NCBI GenBank assembly: GCA_973895155.1
Contig: OZ316899.1
Coordinates: 124,001 to 188,000 of the forward strand
From: Marsupella aquatica
Lineage: Eukaryota > Plantae > Marchantiophyta
Length of the DNA: 64,000 bases
Reading direction: 5' to 3'
Position numbers and translations under genes: made by a program. This document shows positions 38,837-51,573 of this stretch, piece by piece. The notes under the pieces are model-generated. The model ran no database searches, had not been told where the DNA came from, and worked only from the letters and a program-made list of their open reading frames with translations. The number at the start of each line of letters is the position of its first letter. Positions within the stretch are counted from its first letter, which is position 1.

Positions 38837-40580
38837 ATAACCCATATAAGAGTTAATATTAACCCAAATACAAAATGGGAAACAAGTTCATAGTATTGGG
38901 TAGTTTAGGGGACAGGTTAGTAAAATGCTGTTTTTTTTTTAACTATCATGGCATAAGCTTGCAGCTGACCAGCTCATGATCAGTGACAAACTGATGAGGT
39001 TCTCAACAATGACCACCCTCCCGCTCATGAACAGTGACAAACTGATGAGCTTCCCAACAATGACCACCCTCTACAACCCGTAACAGGTCAGTTTTAGGAC
39101 TGAAATGTAGAGAGTGTCATCCGTGTCAAATAATACGTTTGGCAAGGTCCATCCGGGTTGCTCAAATCTACATCAGCATTTCAGCATACTTGAAGGTCCA
39201 TCCTGGCTTCAAGTTCTCACGGATCAGGTCCTTGCTTTTTAATTGACAAGCTGGAAAAGCATCTTCAATTCCACCCCTGAGGGGTCTTTCACTTGCTTCA
39301 TACAGCTTTCCCCATTAACTTTTTCAATGGGGTTGCCATGGGGATATCGCCCTCCTGCAATCAATCTGCTCCTCAAATAATCCAAGACTCGTCAACTGTG
39401 AATGTACATCAGGAAATTAGGGTTCCTATTATTTTGCAATTAAACAATGATTTATAAACTCACGAAGGGTGCGATAAGAATACACTGTAAAATCATAAAT
39501 GTTATCATGTTGACCTGGCATTACTAGATATTTGTGGGTGCCACAATGATTCATTGCTTTGTAATTTTCACAAAATATTACATTAACAAATCATTGGGCT
39601 CATCGTGATGATTCATTGTCAAGTTATTCCACGTTTATTCTTGCATGATTCTACAATGAAATACATTGTTGGATCATTATATTTTCATTGTTAGATCAAT
39701 GTTTGGTCAATATTGTATGGACAGTGTAACAATGTATTTTCAATACATTTGGTAATAAAAACCATTCTTCAATTAATAGACTTTCATTGACAGATCAATA
39801 TGTGGTCAATGTAGTATAACAATGTAGTTTCAACCGTCCAAACATCAGGGATCAAATAGAATTTCATTGACAATACATCAATAAACCAGCATCTCTTCTT
39901 CATCAATATAATCATAGGTATCTAATGTTGATAAGACAATGATAAATACCTTTATTTTCATTAACATGTCATGGGTCATTGGTACTTATTATCTGTACAT
40001 TATATTTTGGACACTCATATATCACTGTTTTTCCTTATCTTCTTTGCATAATCTCTAAGGTTTATGGATAATTTATTTGAGGGTACGACTTGACATTTTA
40101 TATCAATGTTTCAACATCTTTCATTTATCTTTACACCAATACATAGTCCTATATTCCATATTGAACTGATCTAATGGAATTAGTTTGTCATTTCAATATA
40201 GTATACGATACTAAAATCCAACATTATTTCAATGTTATTGAGTATACAATTCTACATCACATATAGGTTAGGGGTAGTACTACAATTGACATATGAATCA
40301 CTTTCGAAAGACCTTTACAAAGAGGAGGAATATGTCATATATGTAACATTTCATTTTAAAGACAAAGACAATAAAGAGTACATGATGCAAGAGGGTCAAC
40401 TCATCCCTCTAACTACATTGAGTCTACGATTGACCCAATGTATATTCACAAGCACCACTGACAAAAAACCCTTGTTCCTGGTGCTATTTCAGGACTGCTA
40501 TTACTAGCAAAATTGCTCACCACAGCTTAACGCCAAGATTCAACGAACCTACAGCGAAAGCACTGAAACACCTAAGTTAC

Positions 40581-43500
40581 CTCACTGTCTAGTTGACCAA
40601 GATGTGCTTCCATATTCCTTAACTTTAACTGTGCAAGCGCTGTAACTACTTGCCCCTCGAGAACCATTTTTTCGTGCCCTGCAGCTTCCCTCTCCATGAG
40701 CAGCCTCTCTCTTGCTCCTTCTTGTTCCTGTGAAGAGAACCAGTTAACAGATTTGTTTAAGAGACATCCTAGCCAGCTGGAAACGAATCATTTCTCAATA
40801 ATTTGATTAGCATGAACTCCGAACAGTCCGATATAAACTTAGCAAAGGGATAGAAGTGACTTTGAAGTACCTTAAGGTCCTTCGATGCAGCTGCCATTTC
40901 CTTTTTCATGGATTTGATACTCTTCTCTATGTCTTTCAATCGAGTTTCTCGGTCCCGACCATGCTCGTTAATTGCTCGCTCCAGGTCGGAGGCTTTCTTT
41001 ATGCATTCATTGTGATGGTTCTCCTTGTTGTCTAGGTCCTTCTTTTCTGCGTCCAGCTCGGCCTCCATTGTTGAGATCGACTCACTTAGCTGACATCGCG
41101 CAGGTATTCGATGTCAACGATACATAAAGCTGACAAGGACCCGACTAAACACTTCGCTACTCATGACGACTGCACTCTTCAAAAATCCCAAGAATCTTGA
41201 CTGTAAACATGAGAAAGAGCGCTACTATTGAAACAACAATTTGCGCCCGTAAACTTAAGCCCAACAGTATATCTAACTCGTACGGGTAGCCATACACGAG
41301 GGGCTGAACTCGCTTATACTGTCAAAGCTCTGATGCCAAGACAGTAGACCGTAAAAACCTAAGAAGGACATCCTCCCTCATTTTCCTCACAATAAAGTGA
41401 TTCTCAGACACGTTGAATTGTCACTGATGAAACATGTTTGGAACCGAGAAATTGCAACAAACCTTGTGATGTTTGCTCTGCTCAGCCCTGGTTTCATACA
41501 GAGAGAGATCATATGACTTCAGTTCCAATTGTGACTTTAAGTGGGCATATTTCTTCTGCATGGGTGCCAACTTCTCAATCTGCAGCATTCGCATGTACAA
41601 ATTAAGGACAACGGAGGTCGTCGTACATTGGATCAAAAATCTTCACGACCACCAGATGTAGCTATAAGAACCCAGTCTCAACGGGGATGGACCAGGTATA
41701 AACAGATCCTGTTCTACTGCGTCATGTATAAACTCGACGTCACGTCCAAATCAAACATATATAAAAGCCTTACCTCTTTCTCGATCTTTGAAAGTGCCTG
41801 AACATGCTCTGCCAAGCTGCCCTCCGCCTCTGCTAGTGCATGAAGTTGCATCAGGAGTTCCCCACCATTCCTGGAAGGAAACATTAAATGAAATACTTGC
41901 ACTGCGACTTCTGCAGGACATCTAAACTTACGGCGACACTATGCTTCTACGTTACTCTAAGCAGAGACGGTACGCATGAGGAAAATCTGCCCAGCGTTTG
42001 AAACCTGTATAGCTCAATTTCTTTACTTCGGATGAGCTGATTGCAACAATAGCTCCATTCCACAACTCGGACGTTCGTACAAAGTGAATTAGCTCAGAAA
42101 CGGACCTGCGCGAACCACCGGTAAGAAGACCACGAGGTTCAAAAACATCCCCCTGCAGGGTCACCGACTTAGTATTGACGTCCTTGTGGAAAGCCACCTA
42201 CACCAGCCGATACTTCAGCGAAAATCTGCTGAGTTTACTTCGAATATAATCATTTTACTCCAAGGCTAGCATGAATATAAAGTCAACTACTGGTAGGGGT
42301 TTTAGTATTCAAGAAGTCTGCACTAATGAGAAGGGTCAACTTTATCATAAGGATCTACAATTTCAAATATGCAATTGCTGAAATTCACCTGTTTGGCCGT
42401 TTCAGTATCATTACAGACAAACGCTCCACCAAAAACGAAAGCCATAGCCGCCTGCATTATGACATTACTATATCAGAATGTTCTTTACTTCAAACGTTAG
42501 ACAGACGTCAATAGAATTGTTAATACGTAGTACCTTTGAATCGTCTACTTGGAGACTAACTAGATTTGCATACGCTAAAGCAGGAGAAGCTGATCTCTAA
42601 ATACGACAGGAAGCTACATTTAACTTACTTGAAGCTCGTCAGGGTAGCCAACGAGGGACAGTGCTGGTTTTGCCCTGGCAGGACCCACCTGTACGAGACA
42701 AAAGCTGCTCAGACTGTACATCTTAAGGCCATCATAGCGAAATTTCGATTTGGACTAAGCGAAGCACTGAGTCACACACACCAGATCTGATTGCTCAATA
42801 TGTGAAAGATCCAACGGCTAAATTTAAGGAACAAGACATTTGCAATGCAACATTGTCAGGGAACCATCTTCAAACGTAGCACCCCTTCGAAAGAATCAAA
42901 CAAAAGAGTGAAGCATTCATTCTGAGGATACGAATAGTTTGCAGTTCCCACCTAAAGATCATTTTCTCAACCCCTTTATATCTCACAACCAACCATGGGT
43001 TCCGGCATCTGCTGAAGATAAATAACTATTACGATTCGACATAAATCTTTCCAATCTAAGAAGAGAGCACTGAAAGCGATGCAAGATGGGAACCTTTCTT
43101 TAGCGAGAACATACGTTAGAAAAGAAATCATACCAGCTTGGCCGCTGCCGCCTGAGTTCTCGAAGAGATGGGGTTGGCTTGAATCTTGTTGAGAGGAATG
43201 ATGGTAATCCTTCGGCGCAGCCCACCTTTCTCTAGGAGCAGTTTAGCAGTTTGCTCAGTGTCCACTACAATATTATAAATTTTACTTCCTGTAATAACCT
43301 GTTCGCAAGATTTGTACTACCATTTCAGGCTCCTGATAGTGTCTCAAAGTTAAAATGTGAAGCCACACCATAGCAGTTTCATACAAAGAAATACAATATG
43401 AATTCAACAACAAACATGGGAGTTGGGGATCACACACCTCAAGGGCAGTCATAGTAGAGGCATCATTCACCTGCACAAGGCGTGGTACTGGTCCTTTAAC

Positions 43501-46039
43501 CCGTGACTTCTCGAATCCCCTCTCAGGGTCATTGTATGAGAATTGAAGGCCCGAAAGTTCCCCCGTAAGATTGCTAACCTAAGTTGTCTTGAGTCCCTTT
43601 ACCGTTTCAGCCTCGGTTCTCCGGCTCTGGAGTGCAATGTTCACGTCAATGTTTGTTAGGTTGTCGAGAATCGTCCAAGAGAACAACAGCCTTCATTAAA
43701 GCTGAGAATGACTGTGCAATTCCAATTCGTGACTTGTTATTGCACCGTGTTCAGATAAGGGCAAAACAACAGGTTGACGAAGGACATAGAATACAACATA
43801 ATTAAGAGCAGATTTCCACGCCCAGCAGACGAGAACTGCACCTACACTTAACCCTTGTAGACATGCTAGAAGCCAGAAATTCACAGCAGAAACATGCGCA
43901 AGGTCATACAATTGGGCCACTACATTCCCCGCACACCTAAGAACAGGTGCTAATCAAAACAATGGGAGTTCACAACTGTGGGAGAACCTGTTCCAGGGAA
44001 TTCATTCGGTCCTCTTCGAATCCTAGTTTATTTATGGCATCTTGCAGCTTCTCCAATTCCGCCTTACTTGAGCGCAGCTCCTCCTATGCAGCAGCTACTT
44101 CGTGTTGCTTGGAATTGAAATGCTGTTGTTTTGCTTTCAGCTCTTTGTCGAGATGTTTGATCTTTGTTTTGCTCTGCTGCACCTCAGTCGGAGCTTTCCC
44201 TACCGCAGCATTTGCATCATCTCGCTGGTCTGCCAGACTCTTTTGTTCAGCCCCACTAGCCTTCCCTGCTTGAATCCCCTGAACCAAACGAATTTCGACG
44301 AGCCACTGACTTTTCACCTGGACTCTGCTGAATGGACGAAATTTGAATCTTCAAAGTAAACCCTTCAGCTGGTGTACTGTTCTTAGACAAAAACATATTG
44401 CTATGAACATGCTAAAGTCAGCATCGATAGCAGATTATTACCAGTTTTATCAGTGTTGGCTCAATTCCTGTTTGCATCCTTAGAGTTCAAATAACTACCT
44501 GGTAATCTCGTTCAAGGTCTTCCAATGTCTTTGCCTGCTGCTCCACTTTCTCTTTCAGACCTGAAAATTCTTCCTCAGCTTGAAGTTCAGCAGCAGTTTT
44601 GGCGGCGATGACACCATCCAAATCCTTTACATTTCTTTGCAGCTGATAGATAACAGCCAGAAAATTGAGGTGAGTAAACAGGGGTACCTCCCATGATACG
44701 GCTCATGTACCAAAACCTGCCTGCTTTACAGTTTGGCGTCTGAGATTGGTTGCATACCTGCTCAGCAGTAGCTTTCTCGACGTCAAAAGACTCTTGTTTT
44801 GCATTGACAGCAGAGTCGACCTTCACAAGAGCTGTATAGAGCTTATCCACCGCATCAGACAAACTTCTCATGTCACTATTCATCTGCTTCTCTTTGGCCT
44901 CAGTCAATGCAGCAACAGAAGCCTCATTCTGGGCTATTTCTTCCTCTAATCTTACCAACGGCAGATAATTTAATAGCCTCAACCTTGTCTTGCATTTCGG
45001 CCACCTCACCCGAAGAAGCTTCCTTCAACCTCCAGCCTCCGAAAAATTGAAAGCAATGCAGAATCTGTCGAGACGATCCACCACTGCATTGCCGGAAGTC
45101 CACTGTTGGTACTGCGCTCGTTCTTTCCATAGCTTCTCGAGAGCTGGAAGGATGTTTTGACTCAAAAGGTTGTCAATTTCATCCACTTAATTTTGCCTGC
45201 TTTTTTTCCAGAGTCTTGAGAGCGTTCTCTTTTTTCGACTCGTACATCTTAGTTCCAGCTGCCTCTTCTAGCATTGACAGAATCTCAGGCGGCTTCATGT
45301 TGAGTACTTTCGTGATACGACCTTGCATGATGAGAAAGTGAGGATTGTTGATATTCAGCTGTACGGAGTGGAAGAGATTTTGGACCTGGGTGGGCTGCCT
45401 TACGTGGCCATTTATCCAGTACTTGTTCCGTCCACCAACGATAATCTACAGTATGACAAAAGACCATATAATCAGACAATGCCTGACCATGGAATACTGT
45501 GCGAATCGAAATGTTCTCATGTTCTGTCTGCCACTCATTGGATCCGTATCTCTCTTGGCTATTGATCATCAAAATATTTATTCACGAGGTGTGGGGAGCA
45601 TCGGAAGAAAAGACTGACTGTTTCCAGGCCAACAGAGACGGGTGTCTCGGCAAGAGGGCCAACTTAATATCGGAAATTGAATGAAATGAAGTTCAGATAA
45701 ATTCGTGAGGGGTAAACTTACCTGGCGAGTGACAGTAATCTCACTCGAGTCTTCATATCCGATAGGACTTCGCTTACGGTTCGAATTGTCAAACAGAATT
45801 GAAACTGTTGCTTTTGTAATTCCCGCCTGCCCTTGCTTGTAAACCAGCTCTTGCAAGTTGCTTGCCCTAACTTGCTGCAAATTCGTAATTCCCAGCACGA
45901 AGCAAATAGAGTCCAAGATGTTTGACTTACCTGATCCATTCAGCCCTGTTATTGCGTTGAATTGCTGATCAAAGCCGGAAACCACAGTCCTTTGAGCGTA
46001 CGACTTGAATCCGTCCAAGGTTATCTCCTTCACATACAT
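40581..46039 (-). pseudogene. SMC2: Condensin subunit SMC2 (CAP-E) pseudogene, 3'-truncated
   Basis: Exon 1 (45722-46039) [14 protein letters not shown]...[19 protein letters not shown] (Walker A). Further exons: 44758-45445, 44499-44642, 43988-44278, 43438-43626, 43134-43298 (hinge, GGLRRRITIIPLNKI), 42629-42688, ~42106-42197 (SVTLQGDVFEPRGLLTGG), 41774-41870, 41463-41579, 40871-41089, 40581-40727. Frameshifts in exon 2 (extra TTAA at 45187-45190; also ~45030 and ~44953) and TAG stops at 44084 and 43579. No LSGGQ/Walker B exons found downstream. Confidence 0.9.
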
Positions 46040-46809
46040 CGCGCCAGCGTCCCCTGGACGACGACAACCTCTGCGCCAGACATGGAGGTTTGATGGCCAC
46101 CAACATCTCTACATGATCTAAGGACATCCGGGTGCCTATCCTCGCAAGCTCACAATCCTTGTAGAATTCACAATCTGCTAAGAATTACTTGTCGTACTGG
46201 CTTCGGATTGCTCAGTTGCTATAGTTGCTTCTCGGGGACTTGGTATCGAGCTTTGCGTAGCTACATGCTCACGAATCCGGTCATCCCTGTTAGGTTCGCG
46301 TTACCACTTTTACACGGCCTCTCGTCAAGTCCTTTGGGCACACAATTCCTAGTAAGGGCCCTACCTATATACGTATACTGGATGTTCTTCTGCGTTTCGA
46401 CCTTACATTGCTGGGCAACTATACTTCTCACCTCTGAGCGCCCAAGGAAGCGGGACAGAATCTCTTCTTCAGCTCGGGATACTGTCCATCCTGGTTCAAG
46501 TCCTGCTCATTTCTTGCATGACGTCTCCTATTGCCTGAGCTCCTTTTATTTCCCGTCACAATCTACATCAATTTTGTTGCCACTTGCTCGTTACTTGCTT
46601 GTTGCCACTTGTCGTCAATTCTTCGTTTTGTATGCACGACACTTCAGTTGCAAAGGGTTCTTTCTTGGAGGGCGATAAACAAGAGCACTCGCGCCATAGT
46701 TTTTCAGAGGGCAATGTGCGGGTATGACGGTGGGTTGCTTTGGGGTTTGGATGGAAGATCTTCTCATACTTTTTCTTCTCAGAACTTGTAGTTTTGATTC
46801 TCAAGTTTT

Positions 46810-47156
46810 GATGGCAAAGCTGGGATGATTCATAAAAGAGTCCAGCAGGAGGAATTTGATCCTGGAGAAGATACCGCTACTGCTATCAAATTCAGAACAA
46901 GAGTGTTATTACTTGGACCAGCATGATTGCGGGATACGCTAGGAGTGATCATGTTCAATCTGCACTCGACATTTTCAATCTAATGCGCCAAGAAGGCGTG
47001 AAGCCAAATGAGATCACGTATCTGAGCACCCTGAATGCATGTGGCAGCCCATTAGCTCTAACATGCGGAAAATAAATTCATGAGCATGTTCGACAGGTCG
47101 GCTTTGAATCATCCGTGCGTGTAGGGTCTGCTCTCGTACTGATGTACGCTAAATAG
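46810..47156 (+). pseudogene. PLS-class pentatricopeptide repeat (PPR) fragment
   Basis: NKSVITWTSMIAGYA...ALDIFNLMRQEGVKPNEITYLSTLNACGSPLALTCGK*IHEHVRQVGFESSVRVGSALVLMYAK*; stops at 47073 and 47154. Confidence 0.9.
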
Positions 47157-47510
47157 TTCGCATTTTGACCCGAAGCTGTCCTGACGAGATGTCAAGGTCT
47201 CTCTGGTTTGAGAGTCGAATGACGGATTGTGAATGAATGAGTTGACAAAGATCCACAAATGATTTTTGACCTGAAACGACTTCACCATCATGTGAGCCTT
47301 CCGAATCATAATGAAGTCCTTCCAAAACATCAAACACATTAGTCTTCAGGATGTCAAAGTGTTCCCTGAAGAGCTTCTTGGCTTCCCCTTCAAATTTAGT
47401 TGCTGCAAACTTCCGAGCGAGTTTGAGCATCTGCCGTACATTATCTACTCCTAATCGTCGGCAAAGCTCAGCCTCGCAAAACTCAGCGTCGATGATTAAT
47501 TATTTAGCAT
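47157..47510 (-). pseudogene. BTB/POZ-associated (BACK-like) fragment
   Basis: DAK*LIIDAEFCEAELCRRLGVDNVRQMLKLARKFAATKFEGEAKKLFREHFDIL resembles the 'L...CE..L...L...NV...L.LA..Y....L......F..V' helical region that follows BTB domains; in-frame stop upstream. Confidence 0.45.
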
Positions 47511-47911
47511 CTAGAACAAATTGGAAGGGATATCTAGTGAAGGCCGATCGCGATGTAGCAGTGATGACAAAACAACGTTGTAGGTCCTGTTTGGAGGCCA
47601 ATTCAACGACGGTGGTTTGTATCAGCCCATCAAAAGTGGAATAATGATCAGCGGAGGTCAACTATTTTTGTAAATTTGTAGCAGGTCCTAGTACAGAACC
47701 ATAGTACTGAAAGTTGCCCTTTCTTTTCCCGAGGGGACATTTATGGCAGGACGTGATTGTTTCTCACCTAGAGATAGCCGATGGCATCACAATCTCTCTG
47801 GTGCTCCAGCCAAGCACAGCTCCTTGTTCCCAGAGTTACTGTCCAGAGTGCTAACTTACGTCGTGGCAGTCCTAGTGTGAATCAAGCTTTATCAGGCCCC
47901 AATAAACCTGA

Positions 47912-48022
47912 CAGAGCGGCTACATACTGAGGCTTGATTCCAATCTTATCTGAGCATGCTTTGTCCCAGAGCGGCTACATACTGAGGCTTGATTCCAAGC
48001 TTATCTGAGCATGCTTTCTCCC
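47912..48022. repeat. Tandem duplication, 2 x 55 bp
   Basis: CAGAGCGGCTACATACTGAGGCTTGATTCCAA at 47912 and 47967. Confidence 0.9.
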
Positions 48023-48927
48023 AGATGGGAAGTCTGACCTCTGGGTCCCGCCCCGTAGCATCTGCTCGTCCCAGTTGTTTATCGAACTGTCCCCATCGCC
48101 CATTTGATCCCTAGGCTGTGTACAGCTGTAGCCCCTTTTCCTCCTTGCCCCCGCACTTCCGAATTGCAGCTTGAATGAATGTGCACTTTGTAGCCGACTG
48201 AGCAGCCAGGTGGATCAAATCAGCTTTAGTATTATGTCAGTCTTTTCCCTTTGGCCCAGTGTCCAAAGCTGCTGACATGGCTGTTCTAATCACATTGGCT
48301 TGCTACAACATTACTCCGACAGCATCTACTCTCAGTGACCCAACAGCATCGCGATCCCTACTCTCAGTGACCCAACAGCATCGCGATCCCTAACTACTCC
48401 GCCAAATTTTCCAAAGCTCAGCACAGTATTGACTTTACACGTGACCTCTTAAGCAAACCATTCATTCCTGTAGACTCAAGCAACCGATGCTCAGAGTCTC
48501 ATCGCCTTCGCAGATCATTGGGGGGCAACAAACCACCGGCAGCACTTGAGAGATAGAAGGGATGCATGCCGACGCGGGAGCTCAATCACCACTGAACAGC
48601 CCCGCCTGGCATCACCATTCTCTGGCTCGTGGGGTCCCGCCTTCATTTCTTCATCGTTTTGCTTCTCGTTGGACTATCGCAGCTTGAGTTTAGGGTCTTG
48701 TCGTCTTGAGCTTCATCGAGGAGTCTCTAACATGTGTACTTGTCGCTCGTCTGGTTAGATCGACTTTGTATCGACTGCTGCTGCCAACAGATCCTTGTGG
48801 TGAGTTCTCCCTTCTCTAGTTTGAATGTAATATCTTCCCTCCATTCTGTTGTGCCTCCCCCTAGAGTCCTGTGGGCAGGATAGAGATGGATCCTCCGAGC
48901 TTGTATAGGAGGAGAGATTGATGGACA

Positions 48928-49188
48928 ATGGTTCAATTAGCAAAGAGGCGATTTGATCGCATGCGTAAGTATGCAGAGAATGATGTCATTGTCCCGGCGA
49001 AGTTAAAAGAGTTTCTGAACACAGAGCAAGGTGAAACTGAGGTTACATTGGGTGATGCCGAGAAGATCATCAATGAGCAGATGGCTCACGAGAATACGAT
49101 ATTGATGAAAGCGAAGCACTCCTTCACATTGGATGCATTCCTCCGGTACCTTCTCGACCCGGTTGTCAACATTGCTTACTTAAACAAG
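48928..49188 (+). CDS. PLC: Phosphoinositide phospholipase C first coding exon (EF-hand-like domain); downstream exons not found in window
   Basis: KYAENDVIVPAKLKEFLNTEQGETEVTLGDAEKIINEQ...FTLDAFLRYLLDP...LNK|GTGAGA resembles the plant PI-PLC N-terminus, with the donor just before the expected VHHDM X-domain start. Confidence 0.75.
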
Positions 49189-49613
49189 GTGAGACGAAAC
49201 TAGACGCGTCAATTTTTCCGTTTCTCATGTCTCGAGTAAGGCACAAATTAGAGTGGAGCCAATCCAGTACTTCACGGTGAATTCTAGCACACTATTGTGG
49301 CTGCGGTAGTCGGCAGATCGGTGCAGATTGACTTGTGTGTTCCGACAATGAGTGATTCTATAAAGCTGTGAAGAGGGTCTATATATGGCGGATCTTTATA
49401 GGTACGGATGGCTCATAGGCAGTTTTGTGACTTTCGTGGTCGGAAGCTGCCTTCAATCTGTCCCGAGATAAGGCTGGGAAATGCTTTCCATATTCAGGGG
49501 AAACTAGGTTCTCATTGTGTGTAAATTAAGGCTTCAAGAAAAAATGACTAGTCTTGAGGGCTATAGTTCAATTTTTATTGATCATTGATCTGAGGTTTTG
49601 TCCTTCTTCTACA

Positions 49614-49712
49614 TTGCAGGATGTTGTGTATCTATAGTGAGAAATAATTATATCTCGTCATTGAGTTTGATGACCTGGACTTCAAGAGGCATGGACTTCT
49701 CCCCACATTTTG
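49614..49712 (+). pseudogene. Degenerate CDKA-type cyclin-dependent kinase exon fragment
   Basis: With frameshifts reads LQDVVY..SEK*LYLVIEFDDLDFKRH/MDFSPHF versus CDKA [29 protein letters not shown].F. Confidence 0.55.
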
Positions 49713-50397
49713 AAATTACATTCTGGTGGGTGCAATAGGTCCAATTTATATGTGTGGTGCAACGTTACATTGAAAAACCTCAATTGGTGCTTCTACTACT
49801 AGAGCAAGGTTGAGGTGAGCCGGGGAGTTGGAGTTTCTATCTAATCTTTGCAATTCATATTTCAATGAGATCTGTGCAGACACATTGACCGTGTATTTTT
49901 CTACAAGTTTTATTCTTCAAAAATCCAAAAAATGACATTTCCACAACCCACTCAAGTAAGTAACATAATATCTATTTTTTTCAATCATTTTTAAAAAAAT
50001 TATTAATATAATAGACATTATGGATTTAAGTAACTAAAAAATATTATATTATTACAAGTTTATATTAATTTTTTAATCAAAATTCTGATTGGTAATAAAT
50101 ATTTACTATATTTAATAGTGTAACAGTTTTATTTAAAAATTTTGGAAAACAATTTGATTAGTACTGATACAAAAATGCAAATTGACAATTTTGCAGATGC
50201 TCCATAAATGAAGGGAGAGGAGAAAAAATGAAAATAAATTTCATGAATATGGCGCCGAATTTTCTATCATAACATTTTGTTCAATATGGGATTATCTAAG
50301 CAAATTATGTGAATCTAAACAACAATTTATTTTATATTGGATTTTAAAAAATGAAAATATATTTGTATATTTTGTTACACACATTTTACAAATAAAT

Positions 50398-51573
50398 GTG
50401 TCCAATTTTTCAAGAGCTAAATTTTTGAATGGGTATAACAACCGCAGAAGTGCAATTTCACCAATTCTCCCTCTTCAAACACTTCAACAAACCGAGAAAA
50501 TCTTTCATCATCATCAACAGAGACAAAAATTTCCTCCACTATTGAAAAAATTCATGGGAAAATTTCACATCCTTAACCTATCCCAACTCCGTACCTTACA
50601 AGTAGAGAGGGTAGCTTCTTGTAAAGTTGACAATACATTCTCTTCAACACAAGTAGAAGTGCAACAAATATCAAAATCACAACTGAAAAAATTGACTGGA
50701 GTGATAATGGGAAATTGGAATGAAGACATGACTAAAACCAATCATAGTAATCTTACATTCACATTTGAGTGTTATCCATCAAATTTTCTAGTGATAGAGA
50801 AATCTGAAAATATTGTTTACTTTTACGACAAGTCAGGGAAAAAGCCTTGGCTTGTAGCAATGCTTATGCACCAACAAATATTGGGAGTGACAACATTACA
50901 ATTCATTCGAAAACTTTTGAGTGCATTGTTTGTTGCTCATTCTCCATTTCAAAGAGGCGAGGGGAAAAAAGCTTTTGACAGCTTCATGACAGGATATGGT
51001 CCTTGGAATAGCAGTTACATGGGTGGCCGTTTGACTTATTACACACACCAGAAGAAGATGAATACCATTTTCGATGATTGCCTTGATGTCAAAGATTTTG
51101 AGAAGTGGATCGATAAATATTCACATATTGAACTTATGGATATTATATTGGGGCTTTATATGTGGTGGTGCCCAGAGATGATAGAGTGTTTTTTGGAATA
51201 CTCTCATCCGTACTTACTATCATCTGATCGTGACAAATATCATGGAAGTGAAGAGCAGATAGGGGAGAATGTTAGACCTAGTACTTACCAATTATATATA
51301 AGTGAGGATTATTGTGTGCAAACACATGCTGATGATGATGCAACTGACTTCACCTTAGCGTATGCTAGTCATCCTGACCATTTCCTTTCAGCAATCGATT
51401 TTGTAATTCCAGAGTATGGAATTCGATTGCCAATTAGAGATGGAAATCTATTTGCATTTCGGAGCGATGTTGTTCATGGTACAGGCTTTAGAATGAAAAC
51501 ATCGAATCCTGCATATGTTGGAGCTATTACCGTGAATAAAAACCTCAGCAGACTGATGCAAAAATTACATTAA
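50398..51573 (+). CDS. Intronless TET/JBP-like Fe(II)-dependent dioxygenase (first ATG 50554, 339 aa; frame open from 50398)
   Basis: HxD motif THADDDA (51325-51333); DFVIPEYGIRLPIRDGNLFAFRSDVVHGT with the distal His (51475) 50 codons later; upstream QRG...MTGYG...GRLTYY. The pattern fits compact TET/JBP DSBH enzymes. AT-rich, no internal stops. Confidence 0.65.
   Translation: MSNFSRAKFLNGYNNRRSAISPILPLQTLQQTEKIFHHHQQRQKFPPLLKKFMGKFHILNLSQLRTLQVERVASCKVDNTFSSTQVEVQQISKSQLKKLTGVIMGNWNEDMTKTNHSNLTFTFECYPSNFLVIEKSENIVYFYDKSGKKPWLVAMLMHQQILGVTTLQFIRKLLSALFVAHSPFQRGEGKKAFDSFMTGYGPWNSSYMGGRLTYYTHQKKMNTIFDDCLDVKDFEKWIDKYSHIELMDIILGLYMWWCPEMIECFLEYSHPYLLSSDRDKYHGSEEQIGENVRPSTYQLYISEDYCVQTHADDDATDFTLAYASHPDHFLSAIDFVIPEYGIRLPIRDGNLFAFRSDVVHGTGFRMKTSNPAYVGAITVNKNLSRLMQKLH

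Noticed and set aside
39400-40500. AT-rich block possibly a copia RT/RNase H remnant (KH-IDIK-like) truncating SMC2
   Set aside because: Motif visible only after assuming an indel; too degenerate to call.
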